IMG/VR virus record: IMGVR_UViG_3300022833_000006
From: an uncultured virus (IMG/VR IMGVR_UViG_3300022833_000006)
Lineage: Duplodnaviria; Heunggongvirae; Uroviricota; Caudoviricetes; Crassvirales
Length of the DNA: 64,000 nucleotides
Strand: one strand, 5' to 3'
Notes under the pieces: generated by a model
Seen by the model: the letters and a program-made list of their open reading frames with translations, nothing else
Database searches by the model: none
Told to the model about the DNA's origin: nothing
Program-made: the position numbers and the translations under genes
Shown here: positions 27,616 to 37,235 of the stretch, piece by piece
How positions within the stretch are numbered: the first letter of the stretch is position 1
Layout of the letters: each line of letters begins with the position of its first letter

Positions 27616-28368
27616 ATGTACAACGGAAAAACTAGATCATTTCAAACTGTCTTATGGAAAGTAATGAATCATTCATTTATGTCTGATTTATCAGAAGAAC
27701 AAGCTGCAGATTATGCTTATGAATTGATTAGAAGAATTAAAATGGGTTTTATATTAAATCAAACTACTGAGATAATTGAAATATCTAATTATAAAGCTAA
27801 AATACCATCTGATTTACTTACAATGAGAGGTATGAGATATAAAACAAATTTTGATGATTCAATGTATCAACCAGTAAGATATAATGGTGATATATTTTCT
27901 AGTGGTTTTCATTGTAATGAATACAATCAAGATGTAAGTTGTGATGTTCTTTATACTATGAATGATAATTATATAGACATTAACACTCCAAATGGGTTTT
28001 TAGAAATATCTTATTATGGTATATTATTAGATGAAGATGGATATCCTAAACTTCCAGATGATCAATCTTTTATAGACGCTTTGTATTACTATATGATGAA
28101 AGAACATCTATTTGGTTTAATGGCAATAGGAAAGGTTACAGATCGTTTTTACAGCAAAGTGGAACAAGAATATGCTTGGGCTATTGGACAGGCTACAAGT
28201 AGTCTTAAATTAGCAGGTATGGATCATTGGGATACTACTATGAAAGGTATTAATAGAATGATACATGATTCAAGTATGAACGCTCAAGGTTTTAAAGGTC
28301 TCCATCAACAAGAAAAAATAAAGAAAAGACATAACGATAACACTACTAATAATTTAAATCACATATAA
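27616..28368 (+). CDS. ring / tail tubular protein
   Basis: YYGILLDEDGYPKLPD and QEYAWAIGQA motifs; precedes the muzzle gene. Confidence 0.7.
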   Translation: MYNGKTRSFQTVLWKVMNHSFMSDLSEEQAADYAYELIRRIKMGFILNQTTEIIEISNYKAKIPSDLLTMRGMRYKTNFDDSMYQPVRYNGDIFSSGFHCNEYNQDVSCDVLYTMNDNYIDINTPNGFLEISYYGILLDEDGYPKLPDDQSFIDALYYYMMKEHLFGLMAIGKVTDRFYSKVEQEYAWAIGQATSSLKLAGMDHWDTTMKGINRMIHDSSMNAQGFKGLHQQEKIKKRHNDNTTNNLNHI

Positions 28369-28372
28369 TAAT

Positions 28373-31300
28373 ATGCCAATTAAAAGCGCAAAATATACGT
28401 ATGGTGGTATTAACCAAGATACAAGTAAATCAAAACATCAACCTCAGTTTTATTATGAAGCACAACATATTAGAATTATATCTGAAGATTCTCAGACTAC
28501 AGGTGCTGTTACAAATGAAAAAGGAACTGAGTTAGCTTTTATTATTCCTAATAATATATCTGTAGATACTACTACAAAATTAATATCTTATGGATCTAGT
28601 GTTTTAACATACGAAAATACTGAAATTAGTGATATGAATATTACTAATTATCCTGATATATTAGGTCATGTAAACACTAAAGATAGTGTAATATTAATTA
28701 CAGGTTCTGGTACAACTAATGTAGTATGGGAAGTTAAAGATATTTATAATGATAATACTGCTTATAATATAGAATTATTATATATTAGAAATTTAAATTT
28801 ATCTATAAATAATCCTATACAACTTATATATAATTATGAAAATGAAAAAAATGAAAAAATATATTGGGTAGATGGCAAAAATCAATTGAGATTTTTAAAT
28901 TTACGTCATTCAATAGAAAATGGTGATAAAGAAAATTTAATTGACTTAAATGCAGATTTAATTAATTCAGTTAGTAACATAACTTTATCTCAACCAAAAA
29001 TAACAAGATTTAGCCAAGGTGGTATACATACATCTGGGTTAGTACAATACGGTTATAATTTATATAAAACAAATTTAAATCAAAGTGTAATTAGTCCACT
29101 TACTAGTTTAACACCTTTAAGTTCCAACATAACAAGTGAAGGAGGTAATGTAAACGATGTAGTAAGCTCTATACCTATAATAGAATTAAATAATTTAGAT
29201 CTTTCATATACTAATATTAGAGTATACGCTTTAAAATATAATTCAATTAATGAAACACCTAAAGTTTCTATTATTTCTGATAGGTCTATACCTGATAATG
29301 GTAGTTTAACTATATATGATGATGGTAATACTATTTCTGATATATCTTTAGAGCAATTTGCATTTTTAGGATCTGAAGTTACTGTACCTAAACATATAGA
29401 ATCAAAAGATAATCAATTATTTAAATTTAACATTAGAGAAGATTTTTATCAATTAGAAAATTTTGATGCAAGAGCTTATAGTTTTAATAGTTTAAATGCA
29501 GCTAGTGTATGGAGTAATACAGGAAATATTATAAATAATAAACCTGCTACTCCATTTACAAACATACCATTAAATTATGTATTGTCTAAAACTCATGATT
29601 CAATTAATCCAGATTATAATATATACAAGTATCAAAAAGATGGAAGTACATTAGGTGGTGAAGGTAAATATTTAAAATATGAATTATCTACAACAGATGT
29701 ATACAATAAAGATAGTCAATACTTTAAATCTAATGAAATATATAGAATATCTGTAGAGTTTTATAATAGTAGAGGTCAAAAAGCATTACCTAAATGGATT
29801 GGTGATTTTATAGCTCCTGACAATAATCTTAATGGTTTGTATAATACATTAACTGTAGAACTTAAAAGTGAATTTTATGATTTAATAAATTTATTACCAA
29901 AAAACGAAAAACCTATTGGTTATAAAATATTAAGAGCTGATAGAAAAGTTTCTGATCGTACTATACTATGTCAAGGAATTATTAACCCAATGATAGGTAA
30001 TAAAATTGGAGCTGATAAGAAAAATTATGGACAAGTAAAAAATACAGGTTATCAATACGATCAACAAGTTGTTAAATACCCAAGTCTTATAAGAACTTTT
30101 GAATTCAATTACCCAATGCTTCAATGTGCTAACAACGCACCTTTAGCTAATAACTCTTTAGGTTTAGATTCGAATCAATTAACAGGTAACTCAGATAGCG
30201 AAGGATATAAAGCTTCGTCAAGTAGTGAATTTAGAGGTCAGTTATTTCAATTTAATAACATGATGCAAATGTATACACCTGATGTATTGTTTGATTCATT
30301 AATACCAGATTCTACTCATGAACTTAGAATTAAAGGTATGATTGAACAATCAAATCAACAAACTCAAGCTAGTGAAATAAATTATGTAACTCAAGTAATA
30401 GGGCATTCAGGTAAAATTAGTGGTGCTCTATCTCCATATGCACCAAATGCAAACACTGTAACAATCTCAGGAGATGCAAGAGTACCTTTGACTGCTGGTA
30501 TATTTGCACCACCTGGAGCAAGTGGAGTAGCTAATTTACATCAATTCTATAGAGAATTTAAAGGTGCATATGAACCTAACGTTTCTATTTCTCAATACTA
30601 TAACTATTCTGTATATGGTTCTCCAGAAGTTCAAGTTTTAGGTCAAGGTGTAAGAACTTATAATAATGATTCTGATTTTAGATATAGTAATAATTATACT
30701 ACTATACTTCAAGATTTAAGTCAAAAATTAGATAAGGACAAACCAGCAGGTAGAGGTTATAATTCAAATTCAATAAATTCTATTACTTTTGTATTAGGTG
30801 ATGAAAATTTTTCTCTTCCTAGTTATTTAAGACCTACTATTGAAAAACTACATGAACAAGGTGGCTTTTCAACTACTAATGGTTTAATAGTTTCTGAATT
30901 TGTTAAACCTGATTCTTATAAATATATAGGAAATATATATGGTGGTAACAATTATGAATCTAAACTTCGTACAAGTTATATAGGAGTAGGTGATTATAAA
31001 GACATTAGTGTTAACATTAATGTAATTGATTCACCTGGGGATACTTTTGTAAGTGATTATACATTTACAAAAAGTTCTAAAATTAATACTACAATAGCAT
31101 CAGCTGGAGTTAATCAACTTACTGAAATAATTTCTTTTAAAGTGGAAACTACTGTAGATCTTAAAAATAGAAATGATAATTCTATACAAGATTGGGATTC
31201 TACATTCCAACCTACTTATGAAAGTTTTCAAAAATATAATAAAATATATTCACAAAAACAAAGTATTTTAAAACGTAGAAATGTAGACGCTAACTTTAAA

Positions 31301-32350
31301 GAAATAAATGATTTTGGTACAACAATTGTAGCAAGTAAAAAAAAGATAGCAGGTGAATTTATAGACAGTTGGACAGATAATCTTGTTAACGAAACAATAG
31401 ATCTTGATGGTAAATATGGTTCAATTAATGGAACTATAAATTTTAAAGATCAAATATATACATTTCAAGACAAGGCAGTGTGTGCAATATCTATTAATCC
31501 TAGAGTACAAACTCAAGCTTCAGACGGTTTAAGTTTAGAATTAGGTACAGGTAGAGTATTGCAAGATTACAAATATATTACTACTAAATCGGGATCTATT
31601 AATAAATGGGGAATAGTAGCAGGTGCTAGAGGTATTTATTATTATGATACTCTTAATAAATCTTTGTTTAGAGTTCAAGATAATATGGAAATGAGTTTGT
31701 CTGACTCTAAAGGTTTAAGATCTTGGTTTCATAATAATCATGATTATACAGGTTTTAAAATTGACAATCCTTTAATAGATCAAGGTGTTTTATTAGGATA
31801 TGATACTTATAATAAAGACGTTTATATAACACTTTCAGGTAAAGTAAATAAAACTAGAGTTTTTAATGAAAAAATTGATCAGTTTGTTGACACTAAATTT
31901 TATGTACCTAGAATATATATAGATTCATCTCATAAATTCTTTGGAACAGTTAATGGTATATATGTATATGAACACGGAAAAGGTCTTTACAATAATTATT
32001 ACGGTTATATAATTCGTAGCATTATAACATTATTAGTAAACCCAGAACCAGATTTAGATTGTATATTTAACAATATAGTATATAAATCAGAAGTTACTAT
32101 AGATGGTATAGATCAACAATATCAAACTCTTACTTACAGTAGAGCTTATAATGAACATCAAGAAACTAGTACTGTTCCTTATCAATATAGTGTTAACATA
32201 GCTAGAAAATTTAGAGATTGGAAAGCTTTAGTACCAAGAGTTGGTAGAGATAGAATTAGAAATCCGTGGATGTATTTAGAACTAGGATTTGAAAGTAATG
32301 ACAATAAAAAATTAGTATTGCATGACATTAACGTTTTGTATACTATATAA
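28373..32350 (+). CDS. tail stabilisation / muzzle protein (P22 gp10-like)
   Basis: 1325 aa, beta-rich; GINQD, KIYWVDGKNQLR, GEFIDSW, DGKYGSIN, RKFRDW, RIRNPW. Confidence 0.8.
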   Translation: MPIKSAKYTYGGINQDTSKSKHQPQFYYEAQHIRIISEDSQTTGAVTNEKGTELAFIIPNNISVDTTTKLISYGSSVLTYENTEISDMNITNYPDILGHVNTKDSVILITGSGTTNVVWEVKDIYNDNTAYNIELLYIRNLNLSINNPIQLIYNYENEKNEKIYWVDGKNQLRFLNLRHSIENGDKENLIDLNADLINSVSNITLSQPKITRFSQGGIHTSGLVQYGYNLYKTNLNQSVISPLTSLTPLSSNITSEGGNVNDVVSSIPIIELNNLDLSYTNIRVYALKYNSINETPKVSIISDRSIPDNGSLTIYDDGNTISDISLEQFAFLGSEVTVPKHIESKDNQLFKFNIREDFYQLENFDARAYSFNSLNAASVWSNTGNIINNKPATPFTNIPLNYVLSKTHDSINPDYNIYKYQKDGSTLGGEGKYLKYELSTTDVYNKDSQYFKSNEIYRISVEFYNSRGQKALPKWIGDFIAPDNNLNGLYNTLTVELKSEFYDLINLLPKNEKPIGYKILRADRKVSDRTILCQGIINPMIGNKIGADKKNYGQVKNTGYQYDQQVVKYPSLIRTFEFNYPMLQCANNAPLANNSLGLDSNQLTGNSDSEGYKASSSSEFRGQLFQFNNMMQMYTPDVLFDSLIPDSTHELRIKGMIEQSNQQTQASEINYVTQVIGHSGKISGALSPYAPNANTVTISGDARVPLTAGIFAPPGASGVANLHQFYREFKGAYEPNVSISQYYNYSVYGSPEVQVLGQGVRTYNNDSDFRYSNNYTTILQDLSQKLDKDKPAGRGYNSNSINSITFVLGDENFSLPSYLRPTIEKLHEQGGFSTTNGLIVSEFVKPDSYKYIGNIYGGNNYESKLRTSYIGVGDYKDISVNINVIDSPGDTFVSDYTFTKSSKINTTIASAGVNQLTEIISFKVETTVDLKNRNDNSIQDWDSTFQPTYESFQKYNKIYSQKQSILKRRNVDANFKEINDFGTTIVASKKKIAGEFIDSWTDNLVNETIDLDGKYGSINGTINFKDQIYTFQDKAVCAISINPRVQTQASDGLSLELGTGRVLQDYKYITTKSGSINKWGIVAGARGIYYYDTLNKSLFRVQDNMEMSLSDSKGLRSWFHNNHDYTGFKIDNPLIDQGVLLGYDTYNKDVYITLSGKVNKTRVFNEKIDQFVDTKFYVPRIYIDSSHKFFGTVNGIYVYEHGKGLYNNYYGYIIRSIITLLVNPEPDLDCIFNNIVYKSEVTIDGIDQQYQTLTYSRAYNEHQETSTVPYQYSVNIARKFRDWKALVPRVGRDRIRNPWMYLELGFESNDNKKLVLHDINVLYTI

Positions 32351-32374
32351 TAGTATAAAATAAATCAATTAAAA

Positions 32375-32406
32375 TTAGTTTAAGAAAAATAAAAATAATA
32401 TATTTG
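32375..32406 (+). promoter_or_regulatory. Bacteroidota-type promoter (TTAG-N20-TATATTTG)
   Basis: TTAG 32375-32378 and TATATTTG 32399-32406 before ATG 32412. Confidence 0.6.
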
Positions 32407-32411
32407 TAATT

Positions 32412-33431
32412 ATGCCAGATAAAACAAAAGATTTATATGATGATGTTTTAAATAACATTGTTAAAGAGAAAGGTGGTACAAGAGAAACCTATGAAAATCT
32501 TTTGTATCAAATTAGTAATTTAGAATCAGGAGGAGACCCTACTATTAAACAACGTAGTGGTGGTCCAGGTCGAGGTAAATATCAATTTGAAACTGGTGTT
32601 GGTTACAGTAAAATGTATGGTGAAGATGGTAAACATCAAACTGGTCATTTCAAAGGAACAAGTAATAGAATATATTACTCAGCTGTTCGTACTAAAAATT
32701 ATTTAAAAACTTTAGGTAAAAAAATACCTCAATATATAACTGATATTATAGACAATGAAACAGGTGACGCAAGCATTCTTACTGAAAAACAACAAGATAT
32801 ACTTGCATTAGGTGACCTTAGAATGGGTCCTGTTAATTTAAAAGATTATGCAGAAGGTACTATAAAAGGTAAAGATATATACTTAGATAATTGGTGGGCG
32901 GGTAAAGATAAAGATCATAGAAAAAAATTAAATGATCGTTGGGATAATGCTTATGATGAAGATTTTACACCTAGAGAAGATTTAGGTATGTCTGGTAATT
33001 CAAAATCTAACGAGTTTAGACAACAACCTTTAGAAAGACGAGTTGATCAAACTCCTATTTATAATAAAAAATCAGATAAAGGATTTTCTAAAGGAGATTT
33101 TGATAATTTTTTATCTAAAAGAAGAGAAGAAAATCAAAAAAAATTTCAAGCTCAATCTCAAATACAGCCAATAGATGGTCAGCCAATACAAAGTGAACCT
33201 ATGCAAGCTGAAACATCTTCTGCTGTTAATACAATGACTAATGAAAATGCAGATGGTGGAATGTTAAATCATTTTAAAGGTGGTGGTACACATGAACAAA
33301 ATCCAATGGGTGGAATAGATCAAGGAATGGGTTCTAATGGTAAACGTAACACAGTTGAAGAAGATGAAACTTCTTTTGATTTTCCAGAAGGTAAGTTTAT
33401 ATTTAGTAATAGAGTAAAAATATACAAATAA
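32412..33431 (+). CDS. cargo protein with an N-terminal lysozyme/transglycosylase-like domain
   Basis: ISNLESGGD...GRGKYQF lysozyme-superfamily pattern; C-terminal GGTHEQNPMGG..VEEDET..FIFSNR. Confidence 0.6.
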   Translation: MPDKTKDLYDDVLNNIVKEKGGTRETYENLLYQISNLESGGDPTIKQRSGGPGRGKYQFETGVGYSKMYGEDGKHQTGHFKGTSNRIYYSAVRTKNYLKTLGKKIPQYITDIIDNETGDASILTEKQQDILALGDLRMGPVNLKDYAEGTIKGKDIYLDNWWAGKDKDHRKKLNDRWDNAYDEDFTPREDLGMSGNSKSNEFRQQPLERRVDQTPIYNKKSDKGFSKGDFDNFLSKRREENQKKFQAQSQIQPIDGQPIQSEPMQAETSSAVNTMTNENADGGMLNHFKGGGTHEQNPMGGIDQGMGSNGKRNTVEEDETSFDFPEGKFIFSNRVKIYK

Positions 33432-35113
33432 TGAAAAAATACAACGAAGACTTATGTAAGAAATTTAATTTACCTAAGTATATAAAAGGAAAAAGTTTTG
33501 CTGATGCAAGTAAAGCTATAAGTGCAAAATTTGAAGGACTTAACGATAAAGCTGCAAAAGATACTGAACAAGCTCTTATGCAGCGTCTTGCTAATATGCA
33601 AGAATATATTAAAGAACAAGAAGCACCTGCTGAACAATATCAAAATCCAATGCAACAAAATCAAGCTTTTCTTGGTGGTATGTTTGGTGGAGAAGAAGGA
33701 GCATCAATGTCAGAAGCTTCAGGTCAAGCAAACAGTAAAGCTGGTCCAGGTGCTTATTTAGCAGGAGCAGAAACTATTTTTGAATCAGCAGATGGTATGT
33801 TTGGTAATACTGATGTTGATACATCTGGCGCAGTAGGTAACATGCAAAAAAAAGATGCAACAATGCCTGCAATAGCTGCAACTGCAAAAGGAGTAAGTGC
33901 AGGTGCTCAAATAGCAGGTCCATGGGGAGCTGCCATAGGAGGAGTTGTAGGAGGAACAGGTTCTTTAATAGGAACTAGTCGTAAAAATAAAGACATATCA
34001 AAAGCTAATCAAAACTTTGACATTGCTAGTGTTAACAAAGATTTAAACAGTTTTAAAAAAGGTGGTTATGTTAATCAAAATAAATATGCAAAAGGTAGTT
34101 TGTTAGATATTAATCCTAAAAAACCTGGTTACACTAATTCAGAAGGTAAATTTTTTGAATACATAGATCCAGATAATCCAAATGAAAATAACGGTGCTAA
34201 TGGATTTGGTTCAATGACAAAAGTTATGGGTATTCCTGGTGAAGTACCTGCTTATAAATCTTTAGCTGAACCTAATCAAATAGCTCTAAATAGTTCAGTA
34301 AAAAAATTAACAACTCAAGAAGCTGCAGATCAATCTAAGCAATCAAAAGTAGGTATTATAGGTAATAATAATGCTAATAAAACTGATTTATCTACTGACA
34401 AAAATAATAATGATAAAAAAAATAGTAATTATTTAGAAAACGCAATGAGATTAGCTCCAGTAGCAATGAATGCTTTTCAACTTGCCACTATGGAAGATCC
34501 TGAAGTAGAAGTTAGACAAAAAAACAATAGAAAATTTGATCCTGCATTAATAGATGAAAATAGAGCTCAAAGAGATATTTTAGCTAACCAAAGTAATACA
34601 AATAGAGCTTTGCAAAATGCTGCTAATGGTTCTAAAGGATTTGTAGCTGCTAACATGCTTGGTTCCGATCTTAATACATCTAAAGCTATAGGTCAAGCAT
34701 CTGTAAACGCACAAGCTCAGAATAATTCACAAACTCAATTTGGTCAACAATTTGATAATGCAAATGAAAATTTTAATATTCAACAAAATAATCTTGAGCA
34801 AGAATTAACCGATAGAAACAAAGGAACTTACGATACTAACAGAGCTGCATTACTTACTCAAATGGGTAATGATTTAGGTAACTTAGGAAAAGAACAATTG
34901 TTTAAAAAATATCCTGAAATGATGGGTATGACTTATGATGCAAATGGTAATTATAATATTGAAATGAAAGATGGTACAACTTTTAAATTAGGTAAAGACG
35001 GAAAACCATTAAAAGAAGACGGTAAATCTGAAGAAACTAATGATAGTTCAATGGGAGGTTATCAATCTTCTTACAGTTCACATATGAATAGCTTAATGCC
35101 AAAAAAGAAATAA
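33431..35113 (+). CDS. ejected cargo protein with a glycine-zipper membrane segment
   Basis: GAQIAGPWGAAIGGVVGGTGSLIG hydrophobic Gly zipper; Gln/Asn-rich coiled region. Confidence 0.65.
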   Translation: MKKYNEDLCKKFNLPKYIKGKSFADASKAISAKFEGLNDKAAKDTEQALMQRLANMQEYIKEQEAPAEQYQNPMQQNQAFLGGMFGGEEGASMSEASGQANSKAGPGAYLAGAETIFESADGMFGNTDVDTSGAVGNMQKKDATMPAIAATAKGVSAGAQIAGPWGAAIGGVVGGTGSLIGTSRKNKDISKANQNFDIASVNKDLNSFKKGGYVNQNKYAKGSLLDINPKKPGYTNSEGKFFEYIDPDNPNENNGANGFGSMTKVMGIPGEVPAYKSLAEPNQIALNSSVKKLTTQEAADQSKQSKVGIIGNNNANKTDLSTDKNNNDKKNSNYLENAMRLAPVAMNAFQLATMEDPEVEVRQKNNRKFDPALIDENRAQRDILANQSNTNRALQNAANGSKGFVAANMLGSDLNTSKAIGQASVNAQAQNNSQTQFGQQFDNANENFNIQQNNLEQELTDRNKGTYDTNRAALLTQMGNDLGNLGKEQLFKKYPEMMGMTYDANGNYNIEMKDGTTFKLGKDGKPLKEDGKSEETNDSSMGGYQSSYSSHMNSLMPKKK

Positions 35114-35114
35114 A

Positions 35115-37235
35115 ATGAACAGATATTCAAGAGTAACACCTAGTCAATTTAATCCATTATCTCTTTCTGAAATAATGGCTCCAGCTTTAGCCAAACAACA
35201 AATTCATGATACATCAATGCAAAGACTTGATGAATTAGGTCTTTTTGATATAGAAAGGTTAAAACAAGATGAAAATTTTACAAGTGACTATATTAATAAC
35301 TATACAGATGAAGTAAATGCACAAGCTGATGCTATAATGGCAGGTGGTGTAAATAGTCAAAGTATGCGTGATGTTATGAAATTAAAACGCAAAAGAGATA
35401 GTTTTCTTAAAAATGAAGGTAGAGATATTATAAAAAATTATCAAGGCTTTCAAGAAAATAAAAAAGTTTTAGATGCTAAATTAGCTAGAAATGAAATAAC
35501 AGGAAATCGTTATGATGAAATATTAGAAGTAGCGGAAAGAGAATATAAAGGTCATAAAAATGGACCTTATGAATCTTACATGGGTGCTAAGGATGTAAAC
35601 ATAGGTGAAAAAATAACTAAATACGCTAAAGACCTTGATAGAAATAAAGTAGCAGCTAATTACGGACTAATTGAATCTGAAGTAGATGGTGTATTAACTT
35701 ACGCCAGTGGTAGTTTTGAATCTAGAAATAATTTAGATTTTAATGAAGGTAAAGGAATAACTATGGATAATCTTTTAGAACAACATATTGCAAGTATGGT
35801 TAGTCAAGATAATGAAATTCAAGCAGATATTGCTCATCAAAAAAGATACAATCCAGAATCTGATATAGAAAGTAAAGTACAAGGAATGATTTCACAAGCA
35901 AACACTAGTTTTGGTGGAATTAGTGAAACTATGAAAACTGGTTATATGACAAACCCTAGTTATAAAAGTGGTACAAGTAAAAAACCAGATACTCCAATGG
36001 GTATTATATTAAACAATAGAGAATATTCTCCACATCAATTATCAGAACAAGGATATGAAGCTGTTTCAAGTAGATTTAAAGAACTTGATAATAAAAAATT
36101 AGATTTAAATAGAGAAGAATATAAAGAATATAAACAACTTGAAATTTTTAAAAATAAAATTGATGAAACATTAAAAGACGATCCAATATATAAAGATTTT
36201 AAAGCTGCTGAAGAACTAGGAGGACTAGAAGGTAAAAAAGGTACTGGAGCAAGTAGAATTATTGGTAAAATAAGTACAGGTGAAAGATATTCTTATGATA
36301 AATTAGATAATGGTAATTATCAAATGTCTAAAACTTTTACTACAGGTAGTGGAGCTGATCAAACAAATACTGTAGGTGAAGAAATTACACCAGCTCAATA
36401 TAAATTAATTGAAAGTTATGAAAGTAATAGAGATTATGTAGATGAAAAAACTAAAGCTGTTACTTTACAATTTACAGGATATCAGTTAGTTCCATCAACT
36501 CCAAAACAAAATACTAGTTTAGACTTACTAAATGAAACCATGGAAAATGTATTTAAAGCAAATCCTGTAAATATAAATACAATGGTTAATATTGAAAGCG
36601 TATTTGCAGATAATGAAATGCTAAATTCATTAACACCACAACATCAAGACGTAATATCTCAAGCTATATATAATTCGCCTCCTAAAAGTATGAAATTAGT
36701 TTCAGTTATACCAGAAGGTTTTAGTCAAAAACCTGAATATGTACTTAGAATAACTCCAGATAAAAATTTTAAAAATGACCTTGATGGAACTGGTATGTTT
36801 GGAGATATAAATATAGGAGAAGGAAAACCTATAGATTTAAGAGTTTCTTTTAATGAAGTTGATAATGGTATAGTAAATACTGTAAACGGTTATTTAGAAG
36901 ATTATATAGCTGCTAGTGGTGAAGGTATAATTAATCCAATGACAGGTGAAGTATCTAATATAGGTAAACAAATGCAAATGGACATGCAAAATAATAGACA
37001 ATTAAGTCTTTTAAACGGTACAAAATTTTCAGAAATGAGAAGTGTAAGAAATCCTAATATAAAACTTGATGTAACTAATCCTGATTATAATGACATTTCA
37101 CCTTTTGTATTACAAAAATTAGCTGTTGAATTTAGAAAAAAAGGTATGTTTTTAAAAACTAAACCAACTGATGATGAGATAAATAACGCATTAAAAGATT
37201 ACTTTAAAGAAAATAATAGATTCTATGCAAAATAA
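35115..37235 (+). CDS. ejected cargo protein
   Basis: 706 aa, N-terminal MNRY...FNPLSLSE; position in the cargo module. Confidence 0.6.
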   Translation: MNRYSRVTPSQFNPLSLSEIMAPALAKQQIHDTSMQRLDELGLFDIERLKQDENFTSDYINNYTDEVNAQADAIMAGGVNSQSMRDVMKLKRKRDSFLKNEGRDIIKNYQGFQENKKVLDAKLARNEITGNRYDEILEVAEREYKGHKNGPYESYMGAKDVNIGEKITKYAKDLDRNKVAANYGLIESEVDGVLTYASGSFESRNNLDFNEGKGITMDNLLEQHIASMVSQDNEIQADIAHQKRYNPESDIESKVQGMISQANTSFGGISETMKTGYMTNPSYKSGTSKKPDTPMGIILNNREYSPHQLSEQGYEAVSSRFKELDNKKLDLNREEYKEYKQLEIFKNKIDETLKDDPIYKDFKAAEELGGLEGKKGTGASRIIGKISTGERYSYDKLDNGNYQMSKTFTTGSGADQTNTVGEEITPAQYKLIESYESNRDYVDEKTKAVTLQFTGYQLVPSTPKQNTSLDLLNETMENVFKANPVNINTMVNIESVFADNEMLNSLTPQHQDVISQAIYNSPPKSMKLVSVIPEGFSQKPEYVLRITPDKNFKNDLDGTGMFGDINIGEGKPIDLRVSFNEVDNGIVNTVNGYLEDYIAASGEGIINPMTGEVSNIGKQMQMDMQNNRQLSLLNGTKFSEMRSVRNPNIKLDVTNPDYNDISPFVLQKLAVEFRKKGMFLKTKPTDDEINNALKDYFKENNRFYAK

